In this document: positions 26,548 to 40,100 of the stretch, piece after piece
Numbering within the stretch: position 1 is the first letter of the stretch
Layout of the letters: the number at the start of each line of letters is the position of its first letter
Assembly: GCA_951406725.2 (NCBI GenBank)
Contig: OX597815.1
Coordinates: forward strand, 41,912,001-41,976,000
Reading direction: 5' to 3'
DNA from: Octopus vulgaris
Taxonomy: Eukaryota
DNA length: 64,000 bases
Made by a program: the position numbers and the translations under genes
Notes under the pieces: generated by a model
Seen by the model: the letters and a program-made list of their open reading frames with translations, nothing else
Database searches by the model: none
What the model was told of the DNA's origin: nothing

Positions 26548-26779
26548 TATTTCTTTACTGCCCACAAGGGGCTACACACAGAGGGGACAAACAAGGACAG
26601 ACAAACGAATTAAGTCGATTATATCGACTCCAGTGCGTAACTGGTACGTATTTAATCGACCCCAAAAGGATGAAAGGCAAAGTCGACCTCGGCGGAATTT
26701 GAACTGAAAACGTAGTGGCGGATGAAATACCGCAAAGCATTTCGCCCAGTGCGCTGACGTTTCTGCCAACTCACCGCCT
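26548..26779 (-). mobile_element. SINE family B (head GGCGG(C/T)GAG(C/T)TGGCAGAA; central GCCTTTCATCCTTT.GGGGTCGAT domain) with a 17-bp TSD. Other copies about 3898-4110, 31117-31355, 35210-35437, 40890-41340, 42080-42300, 48670-49320(-), 58255-58447(-)
   Basis: TSD AGGTTCACAACCTTTCT at 26531-26547 and 26786-26802; B-box-like GAGTTCAAATTCC in other copies. Confidence 0.92.
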
Positions 26780-27595
26780 TTAGAAAGGTTCACAACCTTT
26801 CTAATGATGGTTAGTGTCTGTAACTTGATGCAAAACAAAGATTGCAAAAGTCTTAGGTCAAAGACCATTGGTTTTTGCTAATGTTTACATCTTTCATCAA
26901 TATACATATGCAAAACACACACATACACACAAGTATATATACTGAGCATCTGCACAGTTTCAGTCGACTAAATTCCACTATTGATCAACCTAAGATTATA
27001 GTACAAGATACTTGCTCAAGGTGCTATGCAGTAGGCTCAAATCTGAGACACAGTGATTGTGAAGCAAACTTCTTAACCTGCTATGACTGCTAGTGTAATT
27101 TTATAAAATGGGCTACGAAGATTTCATCTTGTTGGCAACACTAAATGGAGGATTCTAGAATCTGTGAAATTTTACTTTTAATGACATTATCAGTTGGTTA
27201 TTGTGAAATATAAAGCATTCAAGAAGGAAAGTTGGCTTTGCTGGGCTGTTTTTCTCAATCACTAGTCAAATAGAAACTAAACACAATGAAAAAACCTCTA
27301 TGTGGTCACTTAGCCTACAAGAAATAGCAGCCAAATTTCTTTCCAATCACAGCTTGCTGATTTAAAAAAAAAAAAGGAAAAGGACATATTAGATAATGTC
27401 TTAGATATCTTTAAAAAAGATGGGATGGTCATAAGTGGAATGCTTTTGATCACAAATTTGCTCACTCAGGACTAAATGATTAAATGACAGTAAAAAAATT
27501 GAACAAGAATAAAAAAAAAACAGATGAAAATGAACTGTCCAAAAATACAAAAATAAATTCTCAGATTTGGATAACATTTAATCATAAATTAATAT

Positions 27596-27659
27596 TTAAG
27601 GTTTTAGTTTTCTTTTCTTTTTTTTACAGTTAGTAGCTTCATTTGAAATTTTCTGTTTT
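27596..27659 (-). CDS. ZCCHC4: ZCCHC4 exon 12, terminal ([20 protein letters not shown]-stop)
   Basis: Acceptor TTTCAG after a pyrimidine tract, correct phase 2, Lys-rich NLS-like tail, TAA at 27598-27596. Sequence conservation is low, so this exon is less certain. Confidence 0.75.
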
Positions 27660-29534
27660 CTGAAATCATGAAAGAAAAAATAAAATTAATTTCTTAAAAA
27701 CATAGTAAAATAAAAAATAAAATATATAAAGTATCTATCTTTATTTCCCTTCCAGCTACTCTCACCCAAGTGAGGAAGCTATGTATCTCCTTTATAGTAA
27801 GGCACCTGTGAGATTATACTATAATCTCAAACACTTTGCATAAATCCACTCCCCTCTCTCAAATCAAGAGGGCATCATCCTTTCCCTTCCTTTATTTTCT
27901 CTTGCAAGTTACTCTTCAACCCCACTAGTGAGGGTGTCATGAAAGAAGCACCTGACACACACTGTGAAGTGGTTGGCATTAGGATAGGCATCCAGTTGTA
28001 GAAACCATACCATAGCTGACATTGGGACCTGACACAGCACTGTAGCTCACTGGACTCTGTAAAACTGTTCAAACCATACCAACAAAGAAAACAGACATAT
28101 GATGATGACATTCAGACAATAGGGAAATTGAGCAATAACATGAAACACTGATGTTTGGATCAGAAACTGTCTCCTTCATGAATTAGAGTAAAGAAAACAT
28201 GTGTGTGAAAGAATAATTAAAACCTGTGGCAAAGAAGTAGGGATTCAAATGTTCGGACGTAACTACAAAATTATTATTGTTTATTACTTAGCCTTATTTC
28301 ATCATCATCATTTAGTGTCTGCTTTCCATGCTGGCATGGGTTAGATGGTTTGACTATAACTGGTAAGCTGTAGGGCTAGACCAGGTTCCAGTTTGATTTG
28401 GCATGGTTTCTATGGCTGGATGCCCTTCCCAACACCAACCATTCCAAGAGTGTAATGGGTGCTTTTTCTGTGCCAGGTATGTGACATCGGCATCAGCCAC
28501 AACTATGATTTCACTTGGCTTAAGGAGTCTTCTCAAGCACAGCATATAGCCAATAGTCTCAGTCACTTATCACCTCCATGTGGCCCAATGTTCGAAGGGT
28601 GCTTTTTACGTGCTTGTTACGTGACACCAGCATCAGCCATGATTACAGTTTCACTTGGCTTGACAGGTCTTCTCAAGCACAGCATATTGCCAAAGGTTTC
28701 AGTCATTCGTCATTGCCTCTGTGAGGCCCAGCATTTGAAGGTCATGTTTCACCACCTCATCCCCATATCTTCCTTGGCGTACCTCTTTTGACAGGTTCCC
28801 TCCACAGTTAGAGATCAGCATTTTTTTACACAGCTGTCCTCGTATTTGTTATCATTAATTATTATCAATATACTAAGACAATCAAATGATATGATAGGGA
28901 TCTTTACATTCAATAACATAGATCAGTTATCTGATCCTTATCCTCATATTTTCGTGAAGTGAAAGGCACAGCTGATTCTGGTATAATTTAAACTCAAAAA
29001 TCTAAGTGATAGATTAGGAACAAAAGTCAAAGCAAAAAGTATTACAAATAAACATTGATTTATTTACAAACAACGTGTTAGGTCTGAAATTTATACTGAT
29101 TTTATTTGGGCATCAACAAAAACTACAGACTATAGAAAACTGCGCCTTTGTACCAAGAAACAATGCATACATATCATATAAATAGATTAAGTACACATCA
29201 AAAATGTGTTGCTCAGATACCAGATACTCAAAATCTAATACTCTAAACTCATGGCTGTAGTTTGTTGCATGGCATTAGCACATGTAGATACATGTCCTTA
29301 TAAAAAAAAACCATATACTTAGATAAATTACCAACTCTTCTTTCTGAAGGTCTGTAAGGACAATAGACACTTCAACAATTCCATAGTAATTTCTGTTATA
29401 AGGTCTTAAACTTTGCAGGAAGACATAGTCGATTAAATTAAATCCAGTATTTGACTGGTACATATTTCAGTAACTGTGGGAATGAAAAGCAAAAGTGACT
29501 ATCATGGAATTTGAACTCACCGCAAACTAAATAA

Positions 29535-29567
<33 letters not shown>

Positions 29568-30831
29568 CCTTTCTACTAAAGGCACAAGGCCTGAAATTTG
29601 GGAGGACGAGACTAGTCAATTACATTGAACCTAGTGTTTCACTGGCACTTAATTTATCGACCCTGAAAGGATGAAAGCCAAAGTCAACCTTGGTGGAATT
29701 AGAACTCAAAACATAGCAGCAGACAAAATAATAATAATAATAATAATAAATGCATCATAGATGGAAAGTCAGAGAAGTAGATGAGGAGACAGTGAAGAGG
29801 ATAGGCAGAAACAGTGGGTGGATGGGTGTAGTAAGAGAAAGAAAAACTAGAGGGCATCTTAGAAGTGTAAGAGCAGGTAATAAACAAAAGTTAAGAGAGT
29901 ACATTATGAGGATTGAAGAAATGGGGGTCTTAGAGGGAAAATGCAAGGTGATGGAGCAGTAAGGTAGGGTTGGTGGAGAGCAGTATACATACACACATTT
30001 AAATATAGGATAAAGATCCCTCTTGTGACATATAAACTCATAGGGCCAGTTTCCTAGTTTCTGAGGTGTAATTATTCCAACCTGGATGGGACACCAATTC
30101 AATGCAGGAATATTCTATTTTGCTAGCTGAGTAGACTGGAGCAATGTGAAATGAAGAGATCTGCTCCAGAACACAAAGCATTGCCCAACCCAGTTAGGAA
30201 TTGAATCCATAATCTTACAATCATGAGTTCAATACCCTAACCACTAAGCCATGTACCTCCACGCACACACACACGTGTGTATGTATAATCAACATCATTT
30301 AACACCCTTTTTCCATGCTGACATAGGTTGGACGGTGTGAGAGGATCTAGCAAAGTGCAGGGCTGAGTCAAGCTCCCTGAGTAACTTGGAAGACAAGAAG
30401 GGAGGGGGAGAAAAAACCAGCTTGACTAAAAAAGGTGGGTAGTATTTGAGAGGGTGAGAAGGCTAAAACGTGATGGAAAGACAAACCCAGGTGTCTTGCT
30501 ATAGAAGAAATACAAGGCAACCCTATATTATATAAAAGAGGGTGGAAGTACTTGGAATGAGGATATAGAGGATGCAAATTTTTTTTTCTAATCAACATAG
30601 CAAATAATTTCTTTCAATATACATATATATATATAGGCACCGGTGTAGCTGTGTGGTAAGAAGCTTGAAGCTTGCTTCTCAATGAAATGGTTCCAGGCAC
30701 AGTCCCATTGCATGGCACCTTGGGCAAGTGTCTTCTAATATAACCTCAGGCCGACCAAAGCCTTGTGAGTGGATTTGGTAGATGGAAACTGGCAGAAGCC
30801 CATCGTGTATATATATATATGTGTGTGTGAG

Positions 30832-30892
<61 letters not shown>

Positions 30893-33800
30893 TTGTGTGT
30901 GTTTGGGTTTGTCCCCAAGCCATCGCTTGACAACCGATGCTAGTGTATTTATGTCCCCATAACTTAGCAGTTTAGCAAAAGAGACTTATAGAATAAGTAC
31001 TAGGCATACAAAGAATAAATCCAGTAGTTGATTTCTTTTACTAACACTCTTAAAGGTGGTGCACCAGCATGGCCGCAGTCAAATGACTGAAACAAGTAAA
31101 AGAATAAAATGAATAAAGGTGGTGAGTTGCCAGAAATGTTAGCACGCAGGGTTAAATGCTTAGCAGAATTTCCTCTGTCTTTGCATTCTGAGTTCAAATT
31201 CTGCTGAAGTTGACTTTGTCTTTAATCCCTTTGGGGCCAATAGGATAAGTTCCAGTTGTGTGCTGGGGTTGATAGAATAAGTTCCAGTTGTGCACTGGAG
31301 TCAATGTAATTGAATTATCCTGCCCCCAAATTTACTGACCTTGAGCCAAAATTTCAATGTACATAAAATGAATTACCTTTTATTTAATATATTACTTTGG
31401 TTTTGAGGACATACTTTCCTTTTGTGAGTTAAATCTCCACAGATATGACATCCAGCTTAAAAAAATAAAATTTTAAAAATTTATGACAAAATTAATTTAA
31501 AACATACCTCTTTTCCTAATCTCATTTGCATATTTTACAATAGAAAATATTCCAGATTTAAATATCTTGTAGCAGTTAGTTACATGAAGCTGCTCAAATG
31601 TTCTAAAAGTTTAAGTTTCAGAAAAAGATAATTTTTCTCTTTATTTTGCTGTCAAATAAATTTTCTTTAAAGATTGAGCTAGAAGCTATCAAAGAAGGCA
31701 TCTGTAATTTCCAGATAAAAAAAAAAAAAAACGCAGAATAGCAATAATTTATATTTGAAGAAATTGATAAATTGTTGTAGAATTTTCAAAACAGTACACC
31801 ACCACTATCATCGTCATTTTAATTCCACTTTTCTGTGCTTGCATGGGTCAGGTGGAATTTGTTGAGACAAATATTCTGCAACTGGATGCCCTTCCTGTCC
31901 TCAACCCTTACTTGTTTTTATAATTTCCTCATGGCAGGAAAATTAACAACATCACTTCTATGACTGCAATACTCGTTTACAACTATCATGTGATGTCATG
32001 ACATAAACACACATGTGCATGAGCATGCACACATACATGCATATATCTATGATGGGTACAGGCATGATTGAGTAGTTAAGAAGTTCACTTCCAAACCACA
32101 TGGCTGTGTTCAGTTCCACCGCATAGCACCATGAGCAAATTGGTAGATGGAAACTGAAAGAAGCCCATTATGTAAATGTATACGGGTATGACATTAAACT
32201 GCATCCATTGTTGAAACATCAGTTTGGGAGTTCTGGAGTTGTGAGGAGCATGGTAGTCTCTGTCAGGGTCCTTTCTATGGTTTAAATAGATTTCTCATGA
32301 ATAGAGAAAGCTCTCGTTATTTTGGACAAGGCCGTTGGGAAGGCAGCTCTTCTAGTAGAAATATACTCTGACATAAAACTTGAAGTCACAATAGTACTGA
32401 GCCATCTTGCAATGCTTATCACTGGAACCTATTATGGCAAGTGAGTGAGTGGCAAAAATGTTATTCAAGCTTTTGTCACTTAGATCCAATGCTGTACAAA
32501 TGTAGGCAGAATAGTGGCAGAAAATGAAGAAGATGGATGGAACTAGGTAAAACTAAACCCTTTTGTTTCAAAACTGTAATATCCTTTTAAATTGAAGAAT
32601 AATCTAAGAGAAAATAATTTAATTCTATTTATATACAATGCAACAACTCTAAATGAAAGGCTATTTAAGAAAGAATTGTTAAAGAATAATAGGTAAATTA
32701 AATAGCTTTCTTTTTTTGAGTTCTGTACTTACATTTCATAGATTTCACATTACACTGATGTCCATTAGTTTGACAAATTTGGCAAATATCACAGTGAACT
32801 CTGTTTGGTTTTACACATCTTGCACATTTATCACAGTGGACATATGTCTTGCCATCCTAAAAAATAACAGAAAAACTATAAACAATGACTTTTGAAGGTA
32901 TTTTTAAATTCATTTTAAAATTTTGTTTACAAGTAGAGATTTTTACAATTAAATCTATGTTGAATCTACAAAAACAGGCAATGAAACCTGGTGTGGTCTA
33001 TGGCTTTACCAGCTCTGGTCAAACCATTCAACCCATGCCAACATGGAAAACAGACATTAAATGATGATAATGATATGTGTGTGTGTGTATGAGTGTGTAC
33101 ATATTATTGATTCCAGCTTTCAAGATGTGGCATTCTGTTTATATATGTATATATGATTACTTGATTTTAATTAGTTCATTAAAAATATTAAAATATAAAA
33201 CAAAAATTTACCTTTGAAGTACAACTGCCACATTTATTGCAGTGTTTGTTTTCAGGAGATGAATAACAGCAACATATATCACAATACCTATTAAAATAAA
33301 ATTTTAAGAAAGAAAAAAAATAGTATTAGTTTCATTTCCGTTATAATGCCTCTCATGTAGTGTCTAGTGGATTTTCAGACAACATCTCACATACAATTAA
33401 ATAAGTTAAAATAAAACAAAATGAGAAAATATAAAGAAGTAATTAAACTTTGTGGGAAATTTGGGTTTATTTCCCACTCACAGCTTCAAAATGAGAAGAA
33501 CCAGTGATTATCTTGATAAATGTGCTGTTGGTTAAAGATTTGCTTCATCAGAGCTGATTTGAGATTAACAGCAACAACAACCAAAATGAAATAGATGAAT
33601 GAAAACGAGTGAATGAGGGATCCTCTCTGTATTGTCTAAAGCTACTAGAAATTGTAGCCAAATCTCTCTCAAATCACATCCTACTGTTTTTGAAATGGAA
33701 GGACATGAACAATATAATGATAGGTATGCAAAAAAAATATGATGTTTATGGCTAGAATACCTTTTATTATAGGTTTGTTAAATAACTCTAATCTGTGACT

Positions 33801-35607
33801 AACAACAAGATACACTTAAATAAATGTAACTCAAGAGAAAATGGTAAAACTCACATCAAACAAAAGTGCACAGATGAAATGAATTACTAACCAGCTCATG
33901 GATCATAAGTTCAAACCTGTTATTGGCATCCTTATGTTTTTCTGGTTATAACACATTTTCCTGTATGTATTATAAAGTATGAGATTGATTGATTGAATCA
34001 TAAAAATCCAGTCAAGGCAATAGATTCAACTTATTGTACCAGTGTATGAGATAAATATTAATTTTGTTTTACTGAAGAAAGTGGAACAATAGTCTTTTTT
34101 TTTTATGGTGAACTCACCAAGCAAGTGATTTAATCTAAAATTATTTCAGGAAGGAAGACCTATTGGCCAATCAAAAATACACTTAAACTGTTAACTTCAC
34201 TTAAACATTTATATGGTGTCATAATCTTCATCGTATCAACAGCTACCTGGTCATTCACATAATTCCACTGCATCAGTGATTAGGTTGCAATTGGTGTTAC
34301 AAAAATTTGGACATCAAATAATAATTATTCAAGTGAAGTTAATGGTTTTTGTGTGTCTTGAATGGTTAAAGTGTGTCTTCCGTGTTGTAATCATTCTATT
34401 TTTTATTGTGATCTTTAAAAAAATCATAATTTTCTTTTTCCATTTATGTATAATAAGCATGGCAATTGCGAAGTGTTTCTTGGATTATTAGAAGCTACTG
34501 GTATCTGTTTCTTTTCCCTAGGACCAAGGAAACAGAGTCAAGAAACTGGTTCAAAAGTAGTGTCAAAAGCTCCCAAATTCCCTAAATCATAAGGCAGTAT
34601 ATTTCCAGCATTTGTATCATAAAAAACATTTGGAGAGAGGGAAAATTCTGTTGATGAAAGACAGTTCATATTTTTACATACCAGTAGCCTTCATTTTCAG
34701 GTAAATGAATCAAATGACGTTCAATATTGGTAAATATTCTCACTGTTGACTTCTTATCTGAATGTTCCTCTGTAAACTGACGATGATTGGTATATGAAAT
34801 CTGTTTTGCATAAAATAAAATATATATATATATATATAGGCGCAGGCATGGAAAAGAAGATGCTAAACATATGATAATGATGACACTTTTTACTTTGTAA
34901 TTAAAAATATGCAGATGATACTTTACCTTATAATCAAGCATAAAGAACCCTGTAAAGGAATCTTGAACTCTCTTTTCCATAAAATATGGTAGAATTATTA
35001 TTGCTGGTAATACACTTTCAGATGTTTCTAAAGGAAGAAATATAAAAAAAAAAGGCTTTGAATTTAATAATAATAACAATAACTGAATTTGTCCTTTTTT
35101 CGTGGAAAATAAAATATGGTAAAGGTGAGATTGAATATTAGTTTATTACTGAAAATGCTTTTAGATTAATAATTCATATAATGTACTGGTGTAGTTGTGT
35201 GGTAAGAAGGCGGCGAGCTGGCAGAAACGTTAGCATGCCGGGCGAAATGCTTAGCAGTATTTTGTTTACCATCATGTTCTGAGTTCAAATTCCACCGAGG
35301 TCGACTTTGCCTTTCATCCTTTCAGGGTCGATAAATTAAGAACCAGTTACGCACTGGGGTCGATATAATCAACTTAATCCCTTTGTCTGTCCTTGTTTGT
35401 CCCCTCTATGTTTAGCCCCTTGTGGGCAATAAAGAAATAAGAAGTTTGCTTCTCAACCAAATGGTGTTTGAGGTCAGTCCCACTGTATGGCACCTCGAGC
35501 AAGTGTCTTCTACAATAGTTTGGGGCCAACGAAAGCCTTGTGAATGGATTTGATGGAGATTGAAAGAAGCCCATCGTGTATATGGGTGATGATGATGATG
35601 ATGTGTG

Positions 35608-35641
<34 letters not shown>

Positions 35642-37084
35642 ACAGTCACTATTAATACTGAGAGGTAATATTTATCTCCATTTCAACGTGGATGTTCTAT
35701 TAGAACAAACTTTACAGTAGTAGTTACCAGGAGGGAAACTCTCATATTAGAATTTTGGTGCAAAATGCACACTTGTTTATATCACTAGTGGGGAGACAAA
35801 TCCCCACTACCTCCAGTACCAAGACCACCAGATCCTGTGATTTCAACCTTGCTTGGTCTTGTCAATGATGGATACTTGACTGCTAAAGGCAGCAGTGATT
35901 GATCTCCTCGCCAGAGATATATAAATTGACAGTACCAGGACAGGCAGTGGTGTCACGATTAGCTAAATATATATTAGGAACAGAGACAGTATTTTATCCC
36001 CTTGGTACATTTTGTAACAAAAAGCCAATATGAGAGTTTCTCTCATGATAACTACTGAAGTTAAGTTTGTTCTAATAGAAAGAGCATCCATGTTTATCAT
36101 CATCATCTCTTAGTGTTAACGCTGCCTCTGCTGCTAACATATATTTTGTGTGTGTTAGTGTCACCTAGCCTTGGTATCATGTGATAGTCGTAAACAAGTA
36201 TCACTGTCATGCAAACATTGTCCTTTACCTTATTTGGAAACAGATGAGAGTGTAAAAGACAATTTTAAAAAATTTAATGAGGTCAGTACTTTTCGATAGA
36301 CTCTGCCACTGTTTCAGTAGATTATTGTAAGAATGAGCCAATACTTCAATCATACATCCAAATGGTGGATCAAAAACAACTGCTAATTTCTTCGTTGCAT
36401 CTTCTTCAGCAATGAACCTTTGATAGTTTTCAAAAGCTGTTGTATTGTTGAAAAAATAGTTGTTAAACATGTTGTAACGGCAGAATTTTTCATCTGAGTA
36501 AACTTGCATCTGAAGAAAAAAAGAAGAAAATCAGAGAAAAAAAAAAACAATTCTAACTGAGAAATTGTTGTATAATATAGAATCTAACAGCTATAGGTTA
36601 CAGATATATTTAATGAAACACTCAATTTATCCTTACTATCTCTCTTTCATTTGTGTTGTGACTATTCAAGTGTATATGTATGAGTATATTGCATACATAT
36701 ACACATACACCAGATTTAGGAAAATATGGCAGTCGGAACTCTCCTCTTACAACAAAACAATATCCCACTATGCATTTGCAGTGCCAGTACTGATCCTGAC
36801 ATTTGGGATATTTGATTGGTCTTTAGAGGAAATCCACTCCATAAATATCAAAACCCGCAAAATACTGCCAACAACTGGGAACTTCCACAGAAACAGTGAT
36901 GTTGACAGATTCTACCTAAGAAGAAATGAAGGTGGTAGAGGAGCATCACCTTCAGTCAAAGAAATCAACCCCAGGATTTATTCTTTGTAAGCCTAGTACT
37001 TATTCTATCAGTGTGTTTTGCCAAAAGGCTAAGTTGCAGGGACGTAAACACAGCAACATCAGTTGTCAAGCGATGGTGGGGGGT

Positions 37085-37127
<43 letters not shown>

Positions 37128-40100
37128 TATATATATATTACTCTTTTACTTGTTTCAGTCATTTGACTGCAGCCATGCTGAAGCACTGCCTTTAGTCGAG
37201 CAAATCGACCCCAGGACTTATTCTTTGTAAGCCTAGTACTTATTCTATCGGTCTCTTTTGCTGAACCACTAAGTTACAGGGATGTAAACACACCAGCATC
37301 AGTTATCAAGCAATGCTGGGGGGACAAACACAGACACACAAACATATACACACACAAAGATATATATATACATATATACGATGGGCTTCTTTCAGTTTCC
37401 GTCTACCAAATCCACTCACAAGGCTTTGGTTGGCCCAAGGCTATAGTAGAAGACACTTGCCCAAGGTGCCACACAGTGGGACTGTACCTAGAACCATGTG
37501 GTTAGGAAGCAAACTTCTTATCACACAGTCATACCTGTGCCTGTAATATGATCATGATATTTTTTTCAAGGGCAAAGAGAAGGAGTCACATTAAGAGCCA
37601 CTGCTTAGCTCCAGTTTCTTGACATGAAATAGGTGAAACAAATCTTTCCTCGGATAAGTTGACAACTATCACTTTGTAGCATTCCTACATAATCTGGTAT
37701 CTGTTACTAACAAATAAATGAACAACAGCACAGTGCTGATCTCACAGTTTCAATGTAACATATACGGTAGATTAGAAGTCATGACCCACTAACAAGCCAT
37801 CTAATACCTCATCCATCTGTAATTCAAACACAGTTACCTTACCTAATAAATTTTGATAAAATCAAGATCAAATTGCCCACCCATTTCCTTATTTTCAGAC
37901 ACAAGTTTTGTTTGTTCATATGACCACTCCTTAACCTTTAGAGGTTTAGATTACTGTGGCAAATATAATGCTTATTTTCATTGATTTGAATTAATCAAGT
38001 ATTATGTTGTAGCTTCAAGATTTTGATGAAGTGATTGTTTATTTTTTGAGTAACACTGAGGTCAGATGTGAGAGGTCAGATCTAGCCAATTTGAACATAA
38101 AATAGAGAGACTATTTAGGTTGGATATGGTAGGTTTAAATGCTAAAAGGTTAATAAAACTTGATATCCTCTCAAAACATTTTGTAATTGAGATTCAGTGA
38201 TCTGAAACATAGACACTGCATTTCTCATTTACAAATGAAATGTAAACTTACATATCTATGATCCAAGTCAAGAAGAAGAGATTTTATCTTGCAATTTTTT
38301 TCATTTTGGATGGCTTCATGGAGACTGTGATTAAATTAAATAAAATAAAAGATTATTGTTTTTATAAATGAAAAATTATGAAATTGGAGAAAATTTTCTC
38401 ATTTTTTGTTGGTACTTCAAGAAATTCTTAAGAGTGAAATATTAATATCATATTTTCTGTCATACAGGTTAAATTTTTTAGAACAAAAATTCTATGTGAA
38501 TTGCAGCAGGATTTAGAAAGATAGGCACAATGTTTGAATGTTAATACACTGTATACAATGTTGACTTATATGCCAGAAAATATGGTAAATAGTAAGAAAA
38601 GTTACAAACAAGCTTAAAATAGATTCTCAATAGTTGAGTTTACCATTTACAGATGATAGAAAACGAAATTTTAGAGTTTAAAATTTTACTTTGATATGAC
38701 AACAATGATTTTTTGTAAACAATACACGCATTAAAACACAGAACAGAACAATTAATTTCAATTTTCAGAATTTATAGCTAAACAAATGCACTCATAAACA
38801 GATTCAAGAAATCCTTATCAAAACTTATTGAGTTAATGATAGAATTTCATTTACATATCTGATAAGGTGACATTTCTTTATTATAGAAAAGAATCTTAAA
38901 GGATCTATGAAAGAAAAGTATAGTGAAAACTAGAGTACAAAAGAGGGAATAAAACTAATCTAGTACAAAATTATAATAAGCCATTTCAAGCTTTACTACA
39001 GCATTCAATGAGGGAGGAAGACTCAGCTTTCAGACATTTCTGTTGTTTATCTTTTTAGGATTCAGATTACACTGTAAAATGTAATGTTTATTTATTCGTA
39101 TTGACTTGAATTAATCATGCATTGCTTCATGGCTTCAAGATTTTGATGATGTGAATGTATTTTTTTAAGAATAAAATTATAGTGTGAGATGCTGGATCTG
39201 GTCATATTGAACATAAAACAGGTAGAATACTTGGGCTAGGTAGAGCCAGTTTAGATCATAAAGAGTTAGAGAATGGTCAGCTCTGATTGACCAAACCTAT
39301 GATTAACAGTGTTTCAACTGTGATTATCCCATCATTTTTAGACAGTACATTTTGGATCGCATTATCTAATGTGTTCTTCCTCTTTTAAGATGGTAAGGAA
39401 AGATTTTAAGGAGAATCCATTTCTATTATTAGCAAATTAAGCAACTATGTGGAGGCTCTCTTACTGGCTTGTAAGGATTAGTTTTTCTTCTTTTTATCAT
39501 CATCATTTAGCATCTGCTTTCCATGCTGACATGGGTTCAACAATTTGACTGGAACCGATAAGCCGGAGAGCTGCACCGGGTTCAAGTCTGATTTAGCACG
39601 GTTTCTACGGTTGAATGCCCTTCCTAATGCCAACCACGCCAAGAGAGTAATGGGTGCCTTTTATGTGTCACCAACACAAGTGCCATTTACATGACACTGC
39701 CAAAGATCATAACTACAATCTCACTTGCCTTGGCAGGTCTTCCCATCACCAAAAGGTCTTGGTCACCTGTCACTGCCTCAGTGAGGTCCAATACTCAAGT
39801 GATGCTTTTTATGTGCCACCAGCACAAGTGCCAGTCAGATGGCACTGGAATCAGCCACAACTGTGATTTTGATTTCACTTGGTTTGACAGGTCTTCTCAA
39901 GCACAGCATATCGCCCAGTGTTCAAGGGTGCTTTTTACATGCCAGTTACACAAAACTGGCATTAGCCAAGATTATGATCTCACTTGGCTTGATGGGTCTT
40001 CTCAATACACAATGGAAGACTACTGCTATGGATATGTAATGTGAATGGAAGATGAACACTAGGTAGAAAGTTGGGTTATGCTGACAATCAGAAATGCCTG

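Noticed and set aside
34190-34660. Coding-looking stretch in ZCCHC4 intron 8
   Set aside because: Stops in the frames I read, no motif I can name, and the ZCCHC4 frame does not need it; possibly an old TE relic.
36225-36289. Extension of ZCCHC4 exon 6 to the stronger donor AG|GTAAAG near 36228
   Set aside because: Phase 2 does not fit the phase-1 start of exon 7, and the extra sequence is partly repeat-derived.
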